From a virus: a stretch of 64,000 bases of DNA. Position 1 is the first letter of the stretch. The number at the start of each line of letters is the position of its first letter. A model generated the notes under the pieces. It was not told where the DNA came from, made no database searches, and saw only the letters and a program-made list of their open reading frames with translations. A program made the position numbers and the translations under genes. Below, piece by piece: positions 36,941-46,532 of the stretch. The DNA is taken from positions 64,001-128,000 of the IMG/VR virus record IMGVR_UViG_3300031521_000012. One strand, written 5' to 3'.

Positions 36941-36953
36941 ATAGTTGTTTTAG

Positions 36954-38245
36954 TTATAAATAGTTCTGCAGCATTAATAAATTTAATTATTACTACATTC
37001 TTTTTCTATTTCATTGAGCGTGTAACCACTACTCTCCATAGACGTTAATTGGGGTGAACTCAACCCTATTGATAATATTCTTAATCCTTCATTTTTTATA
37101 TTGATTGCTGCGTTTAAATCTCTGCTGTGAATAGTTTTACAACTAGGACATGTCCAAGTCCTATCAACTAATGTTAACTCAGTGTTTCTATAGCCACAAC
37201 AATTGCAAAGTTTACTACTAGGAAACCACCTGTCAATTTCAATCAAGTCTCTTCCATACCATTTAGCTTTATATATTAACATATTCTTAAACCTATTTAG
37301 TGATAGTTCTTGTATTGATCTTGCTAGATTATGATTTTTCATCATTCCACTTACATTTAGGTCTTCCATTACAATAACTTGATTTTCGTTAAGTAATTTC
37401 TTACTAATTTCATGTAAGTAATTTTCTTTAATATTGTTTAATTTTTCATGAAATTTAGCTAACTTAATTCTTGCTTTGTTTTTATTATTAGAGCCATTAA
37501 CCTTTTTGCTTAATTGACGACTGAGCTTAATTAATTTCTTTTGATTGTTACGTTTAATTTTAATATTTTCATATTCATCACCATTAGAGTCAACAATAAA
37601 TGATTTAATTCCTAAATCAATTCCAATAACATCGTTAGTTTTAGGTAGTTGTTTGATTCTACCGTCCTCAATTAATATACTAAAATAATATTTATTTGAT
37701 TTAGTTTTGCTTAATGTTGCTGACTTAATATTATTTTGGTTATGATTTAGATATTTTTCATCATTTGTGCTACACTTAAAATGAATGTCTTTAAGTTGCT
37801 TGATGATATTAATTCTATTTCCGTTAATTTTACTAATAGCATCTAATGGAAACCTACAACTTTGTTTATTATCCTTCTTTGATTTAAAATTAGGAAAACC
37901 AAAACCATTTTTGAAAAAGTTTTTATATGCAATATCTAAATTAATTAAAGTTTGTTGTAGTACTTTGGAATGACTTTCTCTCAACCATGAATACTCTTCT
38001 CTTGATTTCAGTTCTATTAGGTATTTACCTAATTCACCAAAAGTAACACTATGCTTTTGATTATATTCACTTATTTTATAAGCTAAACAATTATTAAATA
38101 AGAATCGACAAGAACCTAATAGCTTAGTTATATAAATTTCTTGTTCTTGATTAGGGTAAATTCTTATTTTAATTGCTTTTAGCATGTTAATTGTTTTAGT
38201 ACGCACTTTACATACAATTATAAATACTCGGAGATTATAAATACT
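36954..38245 (-). mobile_element. solo TnpB element (no TnpA) with predicted omega-RNA at its 3' end
   Basis: GGGTTGAGTTCACCC hairpin; subterminal hairpin TGTAGTA/TGCTGCA (36997-36967); TATTTATAA on both flanks. Confidence 0.6.
36983..38185 (-). CDS. tnpB: RNA-guided endonuclease TnpB (IS200/IS605 family), start corrected to MLKAIK
   Basis: HTH KIRIYPN, GSCRF, FPNFKSK, RuvC GIDLG / MEDL / RDLNAAINI, zinc finger CNCC..CPSC. Confidence 0.93.
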   Translation of the reverse strand: MLKAIKIRIYPNQEQEIYITKLLGSCRFLFNNCLAYKISEYNQKHSVTFGELGKYLIELKSREEYSWLRESHSKVLQQTLINLDIAYKNFFKNGFGFPNFKSKKDNKQSCRFPLDAISKINGNRINIIKQLKDIHFKCSTNDEKYLNHNQNNIKSATLSKTKSNKYYFSILIEDGRIKQLPKTNDVIGIDLGIKSFIVDSNGDEYENIKIKRNNQKKLIKLSRQLSKKVNGSNNKNKARIKLAKFHEKLNNIKENYLHEISKKLLNENQVIVMEDLNVSGMMKNHNLARSIQELSLNRFKNMLIYKAKWYGRDLIEIDRWFPSSKLCNCCGYRNTELTLVDRTWTCPSCKTIHSRDLNAAINIKNEGLRILSIGLSSPQLTSMESSGYTLNEIEKECSNN

Positions 38246-38246
38246 T

Positions 38247-38852
38247 TTATTTGCTAAGCAGTTCAGTAAAATTTTCGATATCAATAAGTGGGTTATTATC
38301 GCTGCATTCTTCGAAAAAATTACTCTTAAATATAATGCCTTTGAATGCTGTTGCATCTTTATGATATTGGCGAAAATCAATTAACTTTTTAGGTATTCCA
38401 AATCTTTCATGTAATAAAGCACATAGCTTAACAGCATTTTCTATTTGAATATCATCATATTTTTCCCAATAAGTATATCCCAACCATTTTTTTGTGATAA
38501 CTCTATCGTTTTCACAAATTTCATTTATCCAGTTAACATATTTTCCACTTGGCGTTTTATATAAACTGCCCATGTTTTCTAACACAATTGTTATGTTTTG
38601 CTTATCACTATCTTTAATACCCAAAAAATCGGTATGATACATTGGGTCATAGTGCTGATAAACAATTCCTTCTCTACTTATAGTATAGGTGTTCCACGTT
38701 TTAGTATTACCATAATCTCTACGTTGTAGTCTTAGAATGTGATTATGATCTTTTCTTAAGCTAGATGCCAATACAATTTGTGTTTTAGGTGTTTGATTTT
38801 TATATCGATTGACTTCCTTTATTGGGTACGTTTTGTCGTCTATTGATATCAT
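38247..38852 (-). CDS. Amidase_2/PGRP-like protein with Zn ligands apparently lost
   Basis: QIVLASS (usually IVLHHT), YTISREGIVYQ, IVLENMG, Y..IQ..A..L. Confidence 0.6.
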   Translation of the reverse strand: MISIDDKTYPIKEVNRYKNQTPKTQIVLASSLRKDHNHILRLQRRDYGNTKTWNTYTISREGIVYQHYDPMYHTDFLGIKDSDKQNITIVLENMGSLYKTPSGKYVNWINEICENDRVITKKWLGYTYWEKYDDIQIENAVKLCALLHERFGIPKKLIDFRQYHKDATAFKGIIFKSNFFEECSDNNPLIDIENFTELLSK

Positions 38853-39304
38853 AGTTCGGTATTATTAATGTAATCAATTTCAATTCCACATTCTAATAGT
38901 AGTTCATTAGCTACCCTCCAACTTTCGCCCCATGTGGAATGATTAAAATCTGGCTTGTTATATGTAACAATTACTTTTATACCTGATTGTATTATAGCTC
39001 TAGCACAATCATGACATGGAAAATATGTCACATACATGATAGCGTTTTTTGTCGGAATTCCTAATCTAGCACATGAATATATAACATTACGTTCAGAATG
39101 CTCTGTGTATAAATACTTTTGTGGTTTTTCATATCTACTTTCGATAGATTCGTTAGAACCATCTGGAAAGTGATTATAATCATATGCCAATAAATCGCCA
39201 TTTTCGCCAACCAAGATTGCGCCTGTTTTGGTTGTATGATCTTTACTTTGTTCGGCAAAATGTGCTGCCCATTCTAAATACAAATTACTTCTTTTTAACA
39301 CCAT
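38849..39304 (-). CDS. dCMP deaminase
   Basis: SKD..TKTGA, HSERN, PCHDCARAIIQSGI. Confidence 0.9.
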   Translation of the reverse strand: MVLKRSNLYLEWAAHFAEQSKDHTTKTGAILVGENGDLLAYDYNHFPDGSNESIESRYEKPQKYLYTEHSERNVIYSCARLGIPTKNAIMYVTYFPCHDCARAIIQSGIKVIVTYNKPDFNHSTWGESWRVANELLLECGIEIDYINNTEL

Positions 39305-39308
39305 TGTT

Positions 39309-40211
39309 TTATTTTTTAATAAAAAACTCATTCAACCAATTATTTTTTAGTGATACCCCATACGCACCTTTATATTTTTTTCTAAATTCAAATCTTTTAG
39401 TACAACATTGGGAAACTTTATAACAATTTTCTTTAGTCCATTTTATTCTTCCACTTACCATATGGGTGCATATATCATCTAGCCAACCATTTTTATAGGC
39501 AGCACTAAATTCATGAATGTATAGCCGTTTAAATTCACATCTTGTGCTACAAAGATTGGCTTTTTCAATACACAATTCTTTGGTATAATAAACGTTGTAA
39601 TTAGAATCAGGTAGGATGTTTTGAATTTCAGTCATCCAATTATTTTTTCGTGATGATGAATATGCACCTTTATTACGATAAAAATCCATCCTTGTTTTGC
39701 ATGTTTTTGCAAATTCGATACATTTTTCTTTATTCCAATATAGCGTAGAGCCACCAATGCCACCAGTTTTAGCAACATTTAATATTTGCCATCCATTAGC
39801 ACTATATTCTTCTACATATTTTCCCTCTAAATCAGCAGCTATTTTAACATCAATATAATCAGTTAATTGCTTTCTTATTGGAATATAACTTGTTTCTTTA
39901 ATATGCTTAGTTACTTGATCATTTATCCTAGAATTTCTATCTGTATGCCTCTTAGCAATGTCATATGTTAATCCAATATATGCACAATTGTCTTCAATAA
40001 ATTCATATACATAAACACATCTAAAAAATTTACTACCGATTGGTCTCATGTGTTGCGATATATCATTCATCCAGCCATTTCTTCTTGCAGCAGCCGTAGC
40101 TCCACCAGATTTTTCACTAAACTCCTTCTTTGTTGAATATTTCAATGCTTCATCACGACATCTTTCATATGTCCAATATCCATTAGGCTTCATACTTTTT
40201 TGAATTAACAT
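39309..40211 (-). CDS. GIY-YIG homing endonuclease, paralog of 33423..34457
   Basis: VYVYEFIEDNCAYIGLT, GWQILN; four W..E.C repeats. Confidence 0.78.
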   Translation of the reverse strand: MLIQKSMKPNGYWTYERCRDEALKYSTKKEFSEKSGGATAAARRNGWMNDISQHMRPIGSKFFRCVYVYEFIEDNCAYIGLTYDIAKRHTDRNSRINDQVTKHIKETSYIPIRKQLTDYIDVKIAADLEGKYVEEYSANGWQILNVAKTGGIGGSTLYWNKEKCIEFAKTCKTRMDFYRNKGAYSSSRKNNWMTEIQNILPDSNYNVYYTKELCIEKANLCSTRCEFKRLYIHEFSAAYKNGWLDDICTHMVSGRIKWTKENCYKVSQCCTKRFEFRKKYKGAYGVSLKNNWLNEFFIKK

Positions 40212-40362
40212 TATAAAAGTTATTAATATAATTCAAATCATATCGTCTATGACCATTAGGTGTATATACTGGAGTGATTTTTCCCTCTTTCTCCCATAAT
40301 CTCAATGTCTTCTGAGTTACACCTAAAATTTGACTTGCTGTACTAATCGAAATTAATTTCAT
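40183..40362 (-). CDS. MerR-type HTH protein (IS607 TnpA N-terminus-like), 59 aa
   Basis: Manual translation MKLISISTASQILGVTQKTLRLWEKEGKITPVYTPNGHRRYD; shorter than anything in the ORF track. Confidence 0.75.
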   Translation of the reverse strand: MKLISISTASQILGVTQKTLRLWEKEGKITPVYTPNGHRRYDLNYINNFYNVNSKKYEA

Positions 40363-40423
40363 TTGTGATATTTTATATAAATACTTAAAATGTTCAGAAA
40401 AGTATTAAAATGTTCATATTTGT

Positions 40424-40618
40424 CTATTTTAAGCTCCACCAACGGTTTTTCTTTAACTCTCTTGCTTTAACTATTAAATCTTGAAGTTCTTCATAATCAA
40501 AATCTTTGATTGTAAAATTTCCATCCATATCAGCTAAATCATTCTTAGCTAACACATCAACTATTTTCAGTGCTTCTTTAAGTAATTTGCCTTTCTCAAA
40601 GGCTTCCACATCTTTCAT
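40424..40618 (-). CDS. hypothetical protein, tandem paralog of 40622..40804
   Basis: LLKEALKI / KARELKKN versus LIKEALKI / RARILRIN. Confidence 0.6.
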   Translation of the reverse strand: MKDVEAFEKGKLLKEALKIVDVLAKNDLADMDGNFTIKDFDYEELQDLIVKARELKKNRWWSLK

Positions 40619-40621
40619 ATG

Positions 40622-40804
40622 TTATGTTTTAAAATATTTATTTATTCTTAATATTCTCGCTCTTCTAACCAACTCAAATAACTTATGTTCATCATGAAGA
40701 AAATCTTCATGATCTTCAAAATTATGGTCGCCTAGTTCGTAGATTATCTTTAAAGCTTCTTTTATTAAAGCCATTTTTTCTTCACAAATTTCACCACTTT
40801 TCAT
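40622..40804 (-). CDS. hypothetical protein, tandem paralog of 40424..40618
   Basis: Same shared motifs as its neighbour. Confidence 0.6.
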   Translation of the reverse strand: MKSGEICEEKMALIKEALKIIYELGDHNFEDHEDFLHDEHKLFELVRRARILRINKYFKT

Positions 40805-40828
40805 GTTATTATGTTTTAATTATAACTA

Positions 40829-43800
40829 TTATTCTAATATTACCGATGAAATACCATCGTCATTTAATGTAACATTTAATAAATAGTCTGGTGATACTTC
40901 ATGCATCTGTTCTACGATTAAAACTTTTTTCATATTTGCTTTAATGATTTGCAATATCTCAACAAATTCCTCAATACTATCATCACTTAGCTTGCCCATA
41001 ACTTCGTCAAGCAAGAATATTGTTGGTTTAGCTTTTATATTTATCTGGTTTAACGAGAATTTCAACACTACACTTGCAAATGTTCTTTCTTTTCCAGAAG
41101 CACTAATACAATCAATTATTGCAGTAGGTCTATTGTTATAGACAAGCTTTGGTCTTAGATCGTCAGCATCAAGCCAAACTTTAAATGGCGCTGATGATAA
41201 TACTCTTTCTAAAGTAAAATTGATTTTGGGTAATATATAATTACTTAGCATCTGCCTAGGTATACCATCACGATGAACACATTTTTTATATAATTCCATA
41301 ACCTTATCACGATATTCCTGTATCTCAAATTCAGCAAGCAATTCTTCGTTTTCTTTTATCTTTATCTGCTTACCACCAATATCAGTTTTCCTAAGATAAA
41401 CATCTTCTTTGAGTTCAGAATCTTCTGTTTCAAGCTGTTCCAATCTTAGCTTAGCTGCTTTAATTCCTATTTCAATGGCTTTGTTTTCTTCAATTAGCTT
41501 TATGCTATTATCATAATTATTGATTTTCGTTTGTAATGAACCGATAATCAATTCTTCATTAGAGATTTTTAATGGAATCTGATCTAACTCATTTTGTAAT
41601 TCCTTACGCTTTTCAACATCATTTTTTTCATTAGTAAGTTCACCGATCTCTCTTAAAATGTCTTCCATGGCTAAGGAATCTTTTTCAATTTGTAACCTGA
41701 TAGCATCAATTGTTGCAATTTCATTAGATATGCTAGTGTCATGTACCAATTTATCAACAGTTTCCTTATCATTAATTTTATCACCAATATCAAACATTTC
41801 ATTTTCAATAGTTTCAATTTCAGCATTAATATGTACTTGATGATCTGCAGATAATAACTGCCCACATGTTGGGCAAGTCTTGCTATTTTTAAGCTCAAAT
41901 ATTTTATTCTTACATGCTAAACCAGCATTTTTTAATCTGAAAATATCACCATTGATTATTTCAATTTCATGTTCTTCATTGTGTATGATTTGCTCATGTG
42001 ATTTAATATCTAACTTGTATTTATATTCGTTTTGTTTGTTGAGTTCCTTTTGATCAATTAACACAGTCAATCGCTTTTCATCATATTCTTTCTTTAACGG
42101 CAATATACTTTTCAATAAAACGTCATTACGTGCCTTCAGGTCAACGATTGTTTCTTCATGAGTACTTATATCCTCTTTAATGTCATCTACGCTTAGATTG
42201 TAGATTTCAGGGTCTATGGTGTATAATTTCTTGTTTAAGCCCTCAACATATGTTCTTCCAGTAGCAATTTTGGTTTGTATATCAATAATCTTAACTGTTT
42301 CAATCTCTACAACCTCACTATTAAGTTTAATAATTTCGCTGCGCATTTCTACGTTTTGATTAGTAACATTTTCAACACGACATGTTACCCTAGATTTACC
42401 CATAAGCTTTTTCTGATACGCTTTATAGCCTTCAAGTTTTTTATCAAAAATATCCAAACCGCTATCGAATAATATTGAATCAATGAAAACTGCCATATCG
42501 TTTGATAATATTTTATTTAAAGTATCTGATGTTGTCATAACAATACGCATGAAATTATCATATGTACCAATAATAGATTCAATTCTTTTTTGAGTTTTAA
42601 TTCTATTATCATCCGTTAATTTATCAATTGAAGTATCATCATTCATTTCATCATCGGGTGATGTAAGCAAATAGTAGCCAATACTGGTAGGTGCGCCATT
42701 AATGCTCCCATCTTTAGCTCTATTTATTTCAGTTTTCTTCTTGATTCCAAAATATTCTCCGTTGGCTTCGATAATAATATATCCCTCACAACTTTTAGCA
42801 TCGTTTCTATTGTTAACAAAACGAGCATCCCCATACTTCACTCTGTTCTCAGTTTCAAGTGTTTTGCCAAATAAGACGTATGTCATCAGTTTCATAATGG
42901 TTGTTTTTCCAGCTGTATTGACTCCTGTTATTTGAAACAGTCCATCCATATCTCTCCAATCAATGTCTAATTGTTCATATGACATGAAATTTTTGCCACC
43001 AAATTTAACAACATTCCATTCGACACTCGTATCATCAGCAGTATCAATTTCCTTTAAAATCTCTTCATCTAATGCAATAACATCGTCAATTACCTTTTCA
43101 TCAATACCTATTTTAATCAGATATTCCTTAAATATTTCATGCTGAACGGTTTGATTGGCTACATTATCTAGTGTTACGTTTTCATTTACATCAATTTTAT
43201 CTGTTTCAATGAATTCATTTTTATGCGAAATGGTTGTATTCTGATATTTAGATTTTATATATTCGGCTAACCTTCTCTCGTTATTCCTACATCTTGACGA
43301 TGGCAGCGTGTTCCAAATAATTCTAATCTTCATGTACTTTGTTGGGTCTGGAATATCAAAATCCAAATCATCAAAATCGGTATATGTTGTAATTTTTACA
43401 TTTTTAAGCGAATAGTCATTTTCAACAGATATTTCTTTAGCTTTTTTAGTGCTGACATTCCATAAAAGATAACCATGAAAATTATCATCGCCTTCATCAA
43501 ATCTTTGAGCGATAAGACTACTCGAATATGCCTTGGTCTTAGCTTTATCTAAGTATTGCTGCTTATGTATATCACCAAACATACTCATATCGCCCTTAAA
43601 ATCAGTCGATTTATAGAATGCTTTGCTTTTAACTTCAATACCCGATGGCATTTTGCTGCCGTTTATTTGATCGTGAAATAAATCAATTGCGGTATATTGA
43701 CTAGATGTTTCTCTTAGCTTTTCGTATATTTTTCCTTCCTTAGTTTTCCAAGGATTATTTTTATCTTCACCATGATGCCAAACCATCCATGCTACATTTT

Positions 43801-44158
43801 CATCATAGAAAACATCTGTCTTATCATAATAAACGACATTGGGATTATTTAATGTATCAACAATTGCCTTAACGCTATCAACTCTATTCGATGCTTTTTT
43901 ACGATAATCATGATTACCACGTGTAATACGAACAGGCGCTATCTTGCTTAGATCATTAAGTAATTTAGATGCCATTATTAATTGTTCACCCTGTAAATCA
44001 AGATTATCATGAACTAAATCGCCTACTATTACAATTCTATCTGGTTTTTCAGCAGTAAGTGATTTAATTAAATTATCGAATACTCCATCATATTCATCAT
44101 TTCTTGTGGGTATCTTTCTAATATGAACATCGGCAATCTGTGCTATATTTTCAATCAT
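40829..44158 (-). CDS. Mre11/SbcD-Rad50/SbcC fusion (T4 gp47-gp46-like)
   Basis: IADVH, VGD, GNHD, GDIH phosphoesterase motifs; Walker A GVNTAGKTT; zinc hook CPTC; signature SASGKE; Walker B LLDE. Confidence 0.92.
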   Translation of the reverse strand: MIENIAQIADVHIRKIPTRNDEYDGVFDNLIKSLTAEKPDRIVIVGDLVHDNLDLQGEQLIMASKLLNDLSKIAPVRITRGNHDYRKKASNRVDSVKAIVDTLNNPNVVYYDKTDVFYDENVAWMVWHHGEDKNNPWKTKEGKIYEKLRETSSQYTAIDLFHDQINGSKMPSGIEVKSKAFYKSTDFKGDMSMFGDIHKQQYLDKAKTKAYSSSLIAQRFDEGDDNFHGYLLWNVSTKKAKEISVENDYSLKNVKITTYTDFDDLDFDIPDPTKYMKIRIIWNTLPSSRCRNNERRLAEYIKSKYQNTTISHKNEFIETDKIDVNENVTLDNVANQTVQHEIFKEYLIKIGIDEKVIDDVIALDEEILKEIDTADDTSVEWNVVKFGGKNFMSYEQLDIDWRDMDGLFQITGVNTAGKTTIMKLMTYVLFGKTLETENRVKYGDARFVNNRNDAKSCEGYIIIEANGEYFGIKKKTEINRAKDGSINGAPTSIGYYLLTSPDDEMNDDTSIDKLTDDNRIKTQKRIESIIGTYDNFMRIVMTTSDTLNKILSNDMAVFIDSILFDSGLDIFDKKLEGYKAYQKKLMGKSRVTCRVENVTNQNVEMRSEIIKLNSEVVEIETVKIIDIQTKIATGRTYVEGLNKKLYTIDPEIYNLSVDDIKEDISTHEETIVDLKARNDVLLKSILPLKKEYDEKRLTVLIDQKELNKQNEYKYKLDIKSHEQIIHNEEHEIEIINGDIFRLKNAGLACKNKIFELKNSKTCPTCGQLLSADHQVHINAEIETIENEMFDIGDKINDKETVDKLVHDTSISNEIATIDAIRLQIEKDSLAMEDILREIGELTNEKNDVEKRKELQNELDQIPLKISNEELIIGSLQTKINNYDNSIKLIEENKAIEIGIKAAKLRLEQLETEDSELKEDVYLRKTDIGGKQIKIKENEELLAEFEIQEYRDKVMELYKKCVHRDGIPRQMLSNYILPKINFTLERVLSSAPFKVWLDADDLRPKLVYNNRPTAIIDCISASGKERTFASVVLKFSLNQINIKAKPTIFLLDEVMGKLSDDSIEEFVEILQIIKANMKKVLIVEQMHEVSPDYLLNVTLNDDGISSVILE

Positions 44159-44179
44159 ATTTGAATATATTAATAAAGA

Positions 44180-44800
44180 TTATTCATCAATTATTTCCGA
44201 TAAATTTTTCTTTAGTTTAGTCTTAATGTAATTTACTTTATTACTAACAGTACTACTGGTTAAATTAAATTCCTTTCCGATTTCGCAATAATTATATCCT
44301 TGCATATATTTCATGTTTAATAAAGTGTAATCTGTTGGTGATAATTGAGTGGTTATATAATTTATTGAGTCGCAATTTTCAAAACATGTATTACTTGAAG
44401 AGTATTGAATATTTCCAGAACACGTACAATTAGACGTGAATGTGAATGGACTATTGCCACTAGTACTAGTTGAGTTAATTTCAGACCAATCAATAGATAT
44501 TGTATTTGTAGATGTTAACTTCATTGAGTTACAACGCCATTTATCAATCATATAGTTTTTGGCTATGGTTAACACCCATGAATTGAATTGAGCTATCGAG
44601 CTATTGAATGTTTTGATATTCAAAAATATTTTAATCATAATTTCTGACACATCATCTTCAATATCACAGCCTGATTTATATTTATTTTTTATGAAAGATT
44701 CTATAACCTTTCTATATTTATTATATAATTTTTCTTCGGCAATACCATCCCCATTTAATATATCATTAATGAGAATTAAATCTTCCTGATCTTTTAGCAT
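44180..44800 (-). CDS. ECF-family RNA polymerase sigma factor
   Basis: Region 2 DIEDDVSEIMIKIF..FNSWVLTIAKNYMID; region 4 GYNYCEIG..STVSNKV. Confidence 0.88.
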   Translation of the reverse strand: MLKDQEDLILINDILNGDGIAEEKLYNKYRKVIESFIKNKYKSGCDIEDDVSEIMIKIFLNIKTFNSSIAQFNSWVLTIAKNYMIDKWRCNSMKLTSTNTISIDWSEINSTSTSGNSPFTFTSNCTCSGNIQYSSSNTCFENCDSINYITTQLSPTDYTLLNMKYMQGYNYCEIGKEFNLTSSTVSNKVNYIKTKLKKNLSEIIDE

Positions 44801-44829
44801 CTATCATAATTCATAATATTAAGTTATTT

Positions 44830-45891
44830 TTAAAATTTACTAGTTCCACTATATCTATAGTAAGCATTTTTTTCATATTTACTATTGAAATCATTCTTAA
44901 TCGTTTTTTTATCAAAATAGTCCATATCGTTCAATTTCCTTGCACCATATAAACGTTTAATTACTTCATCCTCACCTAAAAACTTACGTATTTCATCAAC
45001 ATCATATTCACCAGTTAAATTAACGACTAATATCTTATTCGTTTCATCGTCATAGATTAATTTTAAAATATCATATAAATTCATTTCATTAGTCCATGCA
45101 TCAGGGTCTAATATTATTATTATTTTAGGCTGATACTCTTTTAATCTTAAATACAGCAGTTTAGATATTGTTTTACCTAATAACGGTATTGAATTAGGTA
45201 CTGAAAACATATCAAATACACCCTCAACTAAAAAAACAGGCGAATCCCAATCAATAAATCCCTCATTAAATATTAAAGCATCCTTATCCGATTGTGGATT
45301 ATCATATTTTCTTTTTTTAACTCTAGGATCGTATGTTCTTGAAACAAAATAATTTACTTCACCATATACATCATATGACGGTATAATTATTCGTTTAGAG
45401 TATTTTCCTTCAATACAAAAACCAAGCCGATATCTTAGTATTGTTTTTTTCGTTAATTTTCGCTCAGTTATTAAATAATTATATGCTTCGAAATGCTCAG
45501 GATTCTTTAAATCAATATCGGAAAACAGTATTGTTTCTTTAGGCAATCCAATTCTTGCGTATTCTGCTTCCTCATATTCCTTATCTTCGTCATCCTCGAA
45601 ATCAGTAAGTCCTTTATATGATTTATACAATTCATAATCACTCGCTGAACCATATTTTTTTATTAATCTGTCTAACGAGCCAGCAAACTTAGGTTCACAT
45701 TTCCAGCAATGAAAGACTTTTCTACCATTAGCCGTTGAGATTTCTAGGTTGAACTTTCCATCTGGTTGTGACAAACCTTCTCTCTGAGCACACATCGGAC
45801 AGCAAACGCTTAGCTGACTGCTAACATTTAACCCTCTAACATCCTGAAAGATGTTAAATATAATTCCATGTAGCTCCTGTCCTTGTACCAT
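44830..45891 (-). CDS. DNA primase (start corrected to MVQGQE)
   Basis: CPMC..CWKC zinc finger, RIIIP, KYDN, TOPRIM EGVFD and DPD. Confidence 0.88.
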   Translation of the reverse strand: MVQGQELHGIIFNIFQDVRGLNVSSQLSVCCPMCAQREGLSQPDGKFNLEISTANGRKVFHCWKCEPKFAGSLDRLIKKYGSASDYELYKSYKGLTDFEDDEDKEYEEAEYARIGLPKETILFSDIDLKNPEHFEAYNYLITERKLTKKTILRYRLGFCIEGKYSKRIIIPSYDVYGEVNYFVSRTYDPRVKKRKYDNPQSDKDALIFNEGFIDWDSPVFLVEGVFDMFSVPNSIPLLGKTISKLLYLRLKEYQPKIIIILDPDAWTNEMNLYDILKLIYDDETNKILVVNLTGEYDVDEIRKFLGEDEVIKRLYGARKLNDMDYFDKKTIKNDFNSKYEKNAYYRYSGTSKF

Positions 45892-45915
45892 AATGTTTAA
45901 TTGATAATAATGTAG

Positions 45916-45947
45916 CAAATATAAACAACAATTCCCTTAAAAGCAAA
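45916..45947 (-). promoter_or_regulatory. Bacteroidota sigma-A promoter for the primase-sigma-Mre11/Rad50 operon, overlapping a hairpin at 45931-45962
   Basis: TTTG...TATATTTG. Confidence 0.7.
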
Positions 45948-45986
45948 GGTTTTTAAGGGAATCATTCAAATTAATATGTATTAAAA

Positions 45987-46529
45987 CTAGAACCTTCTAT
46001 AATTTTCAGTAAATGGAAATAATGAAATCATTTGTTTTAACAAGTATTCGATTTGTGCTTCTCTCCACGCAGTTCTCTCAGGATTATTACCAATAAAATT
46101 ATTTTGTAATTCATGAAACATAATCAACACGTTTTGCTTTGTTGTTTCATTTAACATACTTGAATCTTGATTGTGATATTGATCGAAAATACGCGTATAA
46201 TCATCCCTAGATTGTGCTAGTTCACCTCTCAATTGTTCAGTTTCCTCTGATAGTGCAGCTACCTGTTCTTGAAGCCATTCGATACCTGTAACATCTTTAG
46301 TATTATCAGGTTCGTTTATTGCTACTACACTAGCTCCACCATTATTAAGAGTTAATGCAGTATCTACATCTTGAAGCAATTCTTCGACCTTTTGTTTAGC
46401 CTTTAAATCTCTTTCTTCTTCAGGTGTTAAAGACTTTTCAACAACAACTATCTTTTTTGGCTCACTTGTCTTTTTATTAATAGCTGGAGTGGGATTACTT
46501 TTTGCTAAATTTACTAAACTTTTTTTCAT
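45987..46529 (-). CDS. hypothetical coiled-coil protein
   Basis: 180-aa ORF. Confidence 0.6.
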   Translation of the reverse strand: MKKSLVNLAKSNPTPAINKKTSEPKKIVVVEKSLTPEEERDLKAKQKVEELLQDVDTALTLNNGGASVVAINEPDNTKDVTGIEWLQEQVAALSEETEQLRGELAQSRDDYTRIFDQYHNQDSSMLNETTKQNVLIMFHELQNNFIGNNPERTAWREAQIEYLLKQMISLFPFTENYRRF

Positions 46530-46532
46530 ATT

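Noticed and set aside
33423-45918. ORF-track starts at 34526, 34713, 36461, 38380 and 45918 (also 7255 and 16361)
   Set aside because: They overlap neighbouring genes, promoters or RNAs; downstream ATGs fit the promoter positions and domain starts better.
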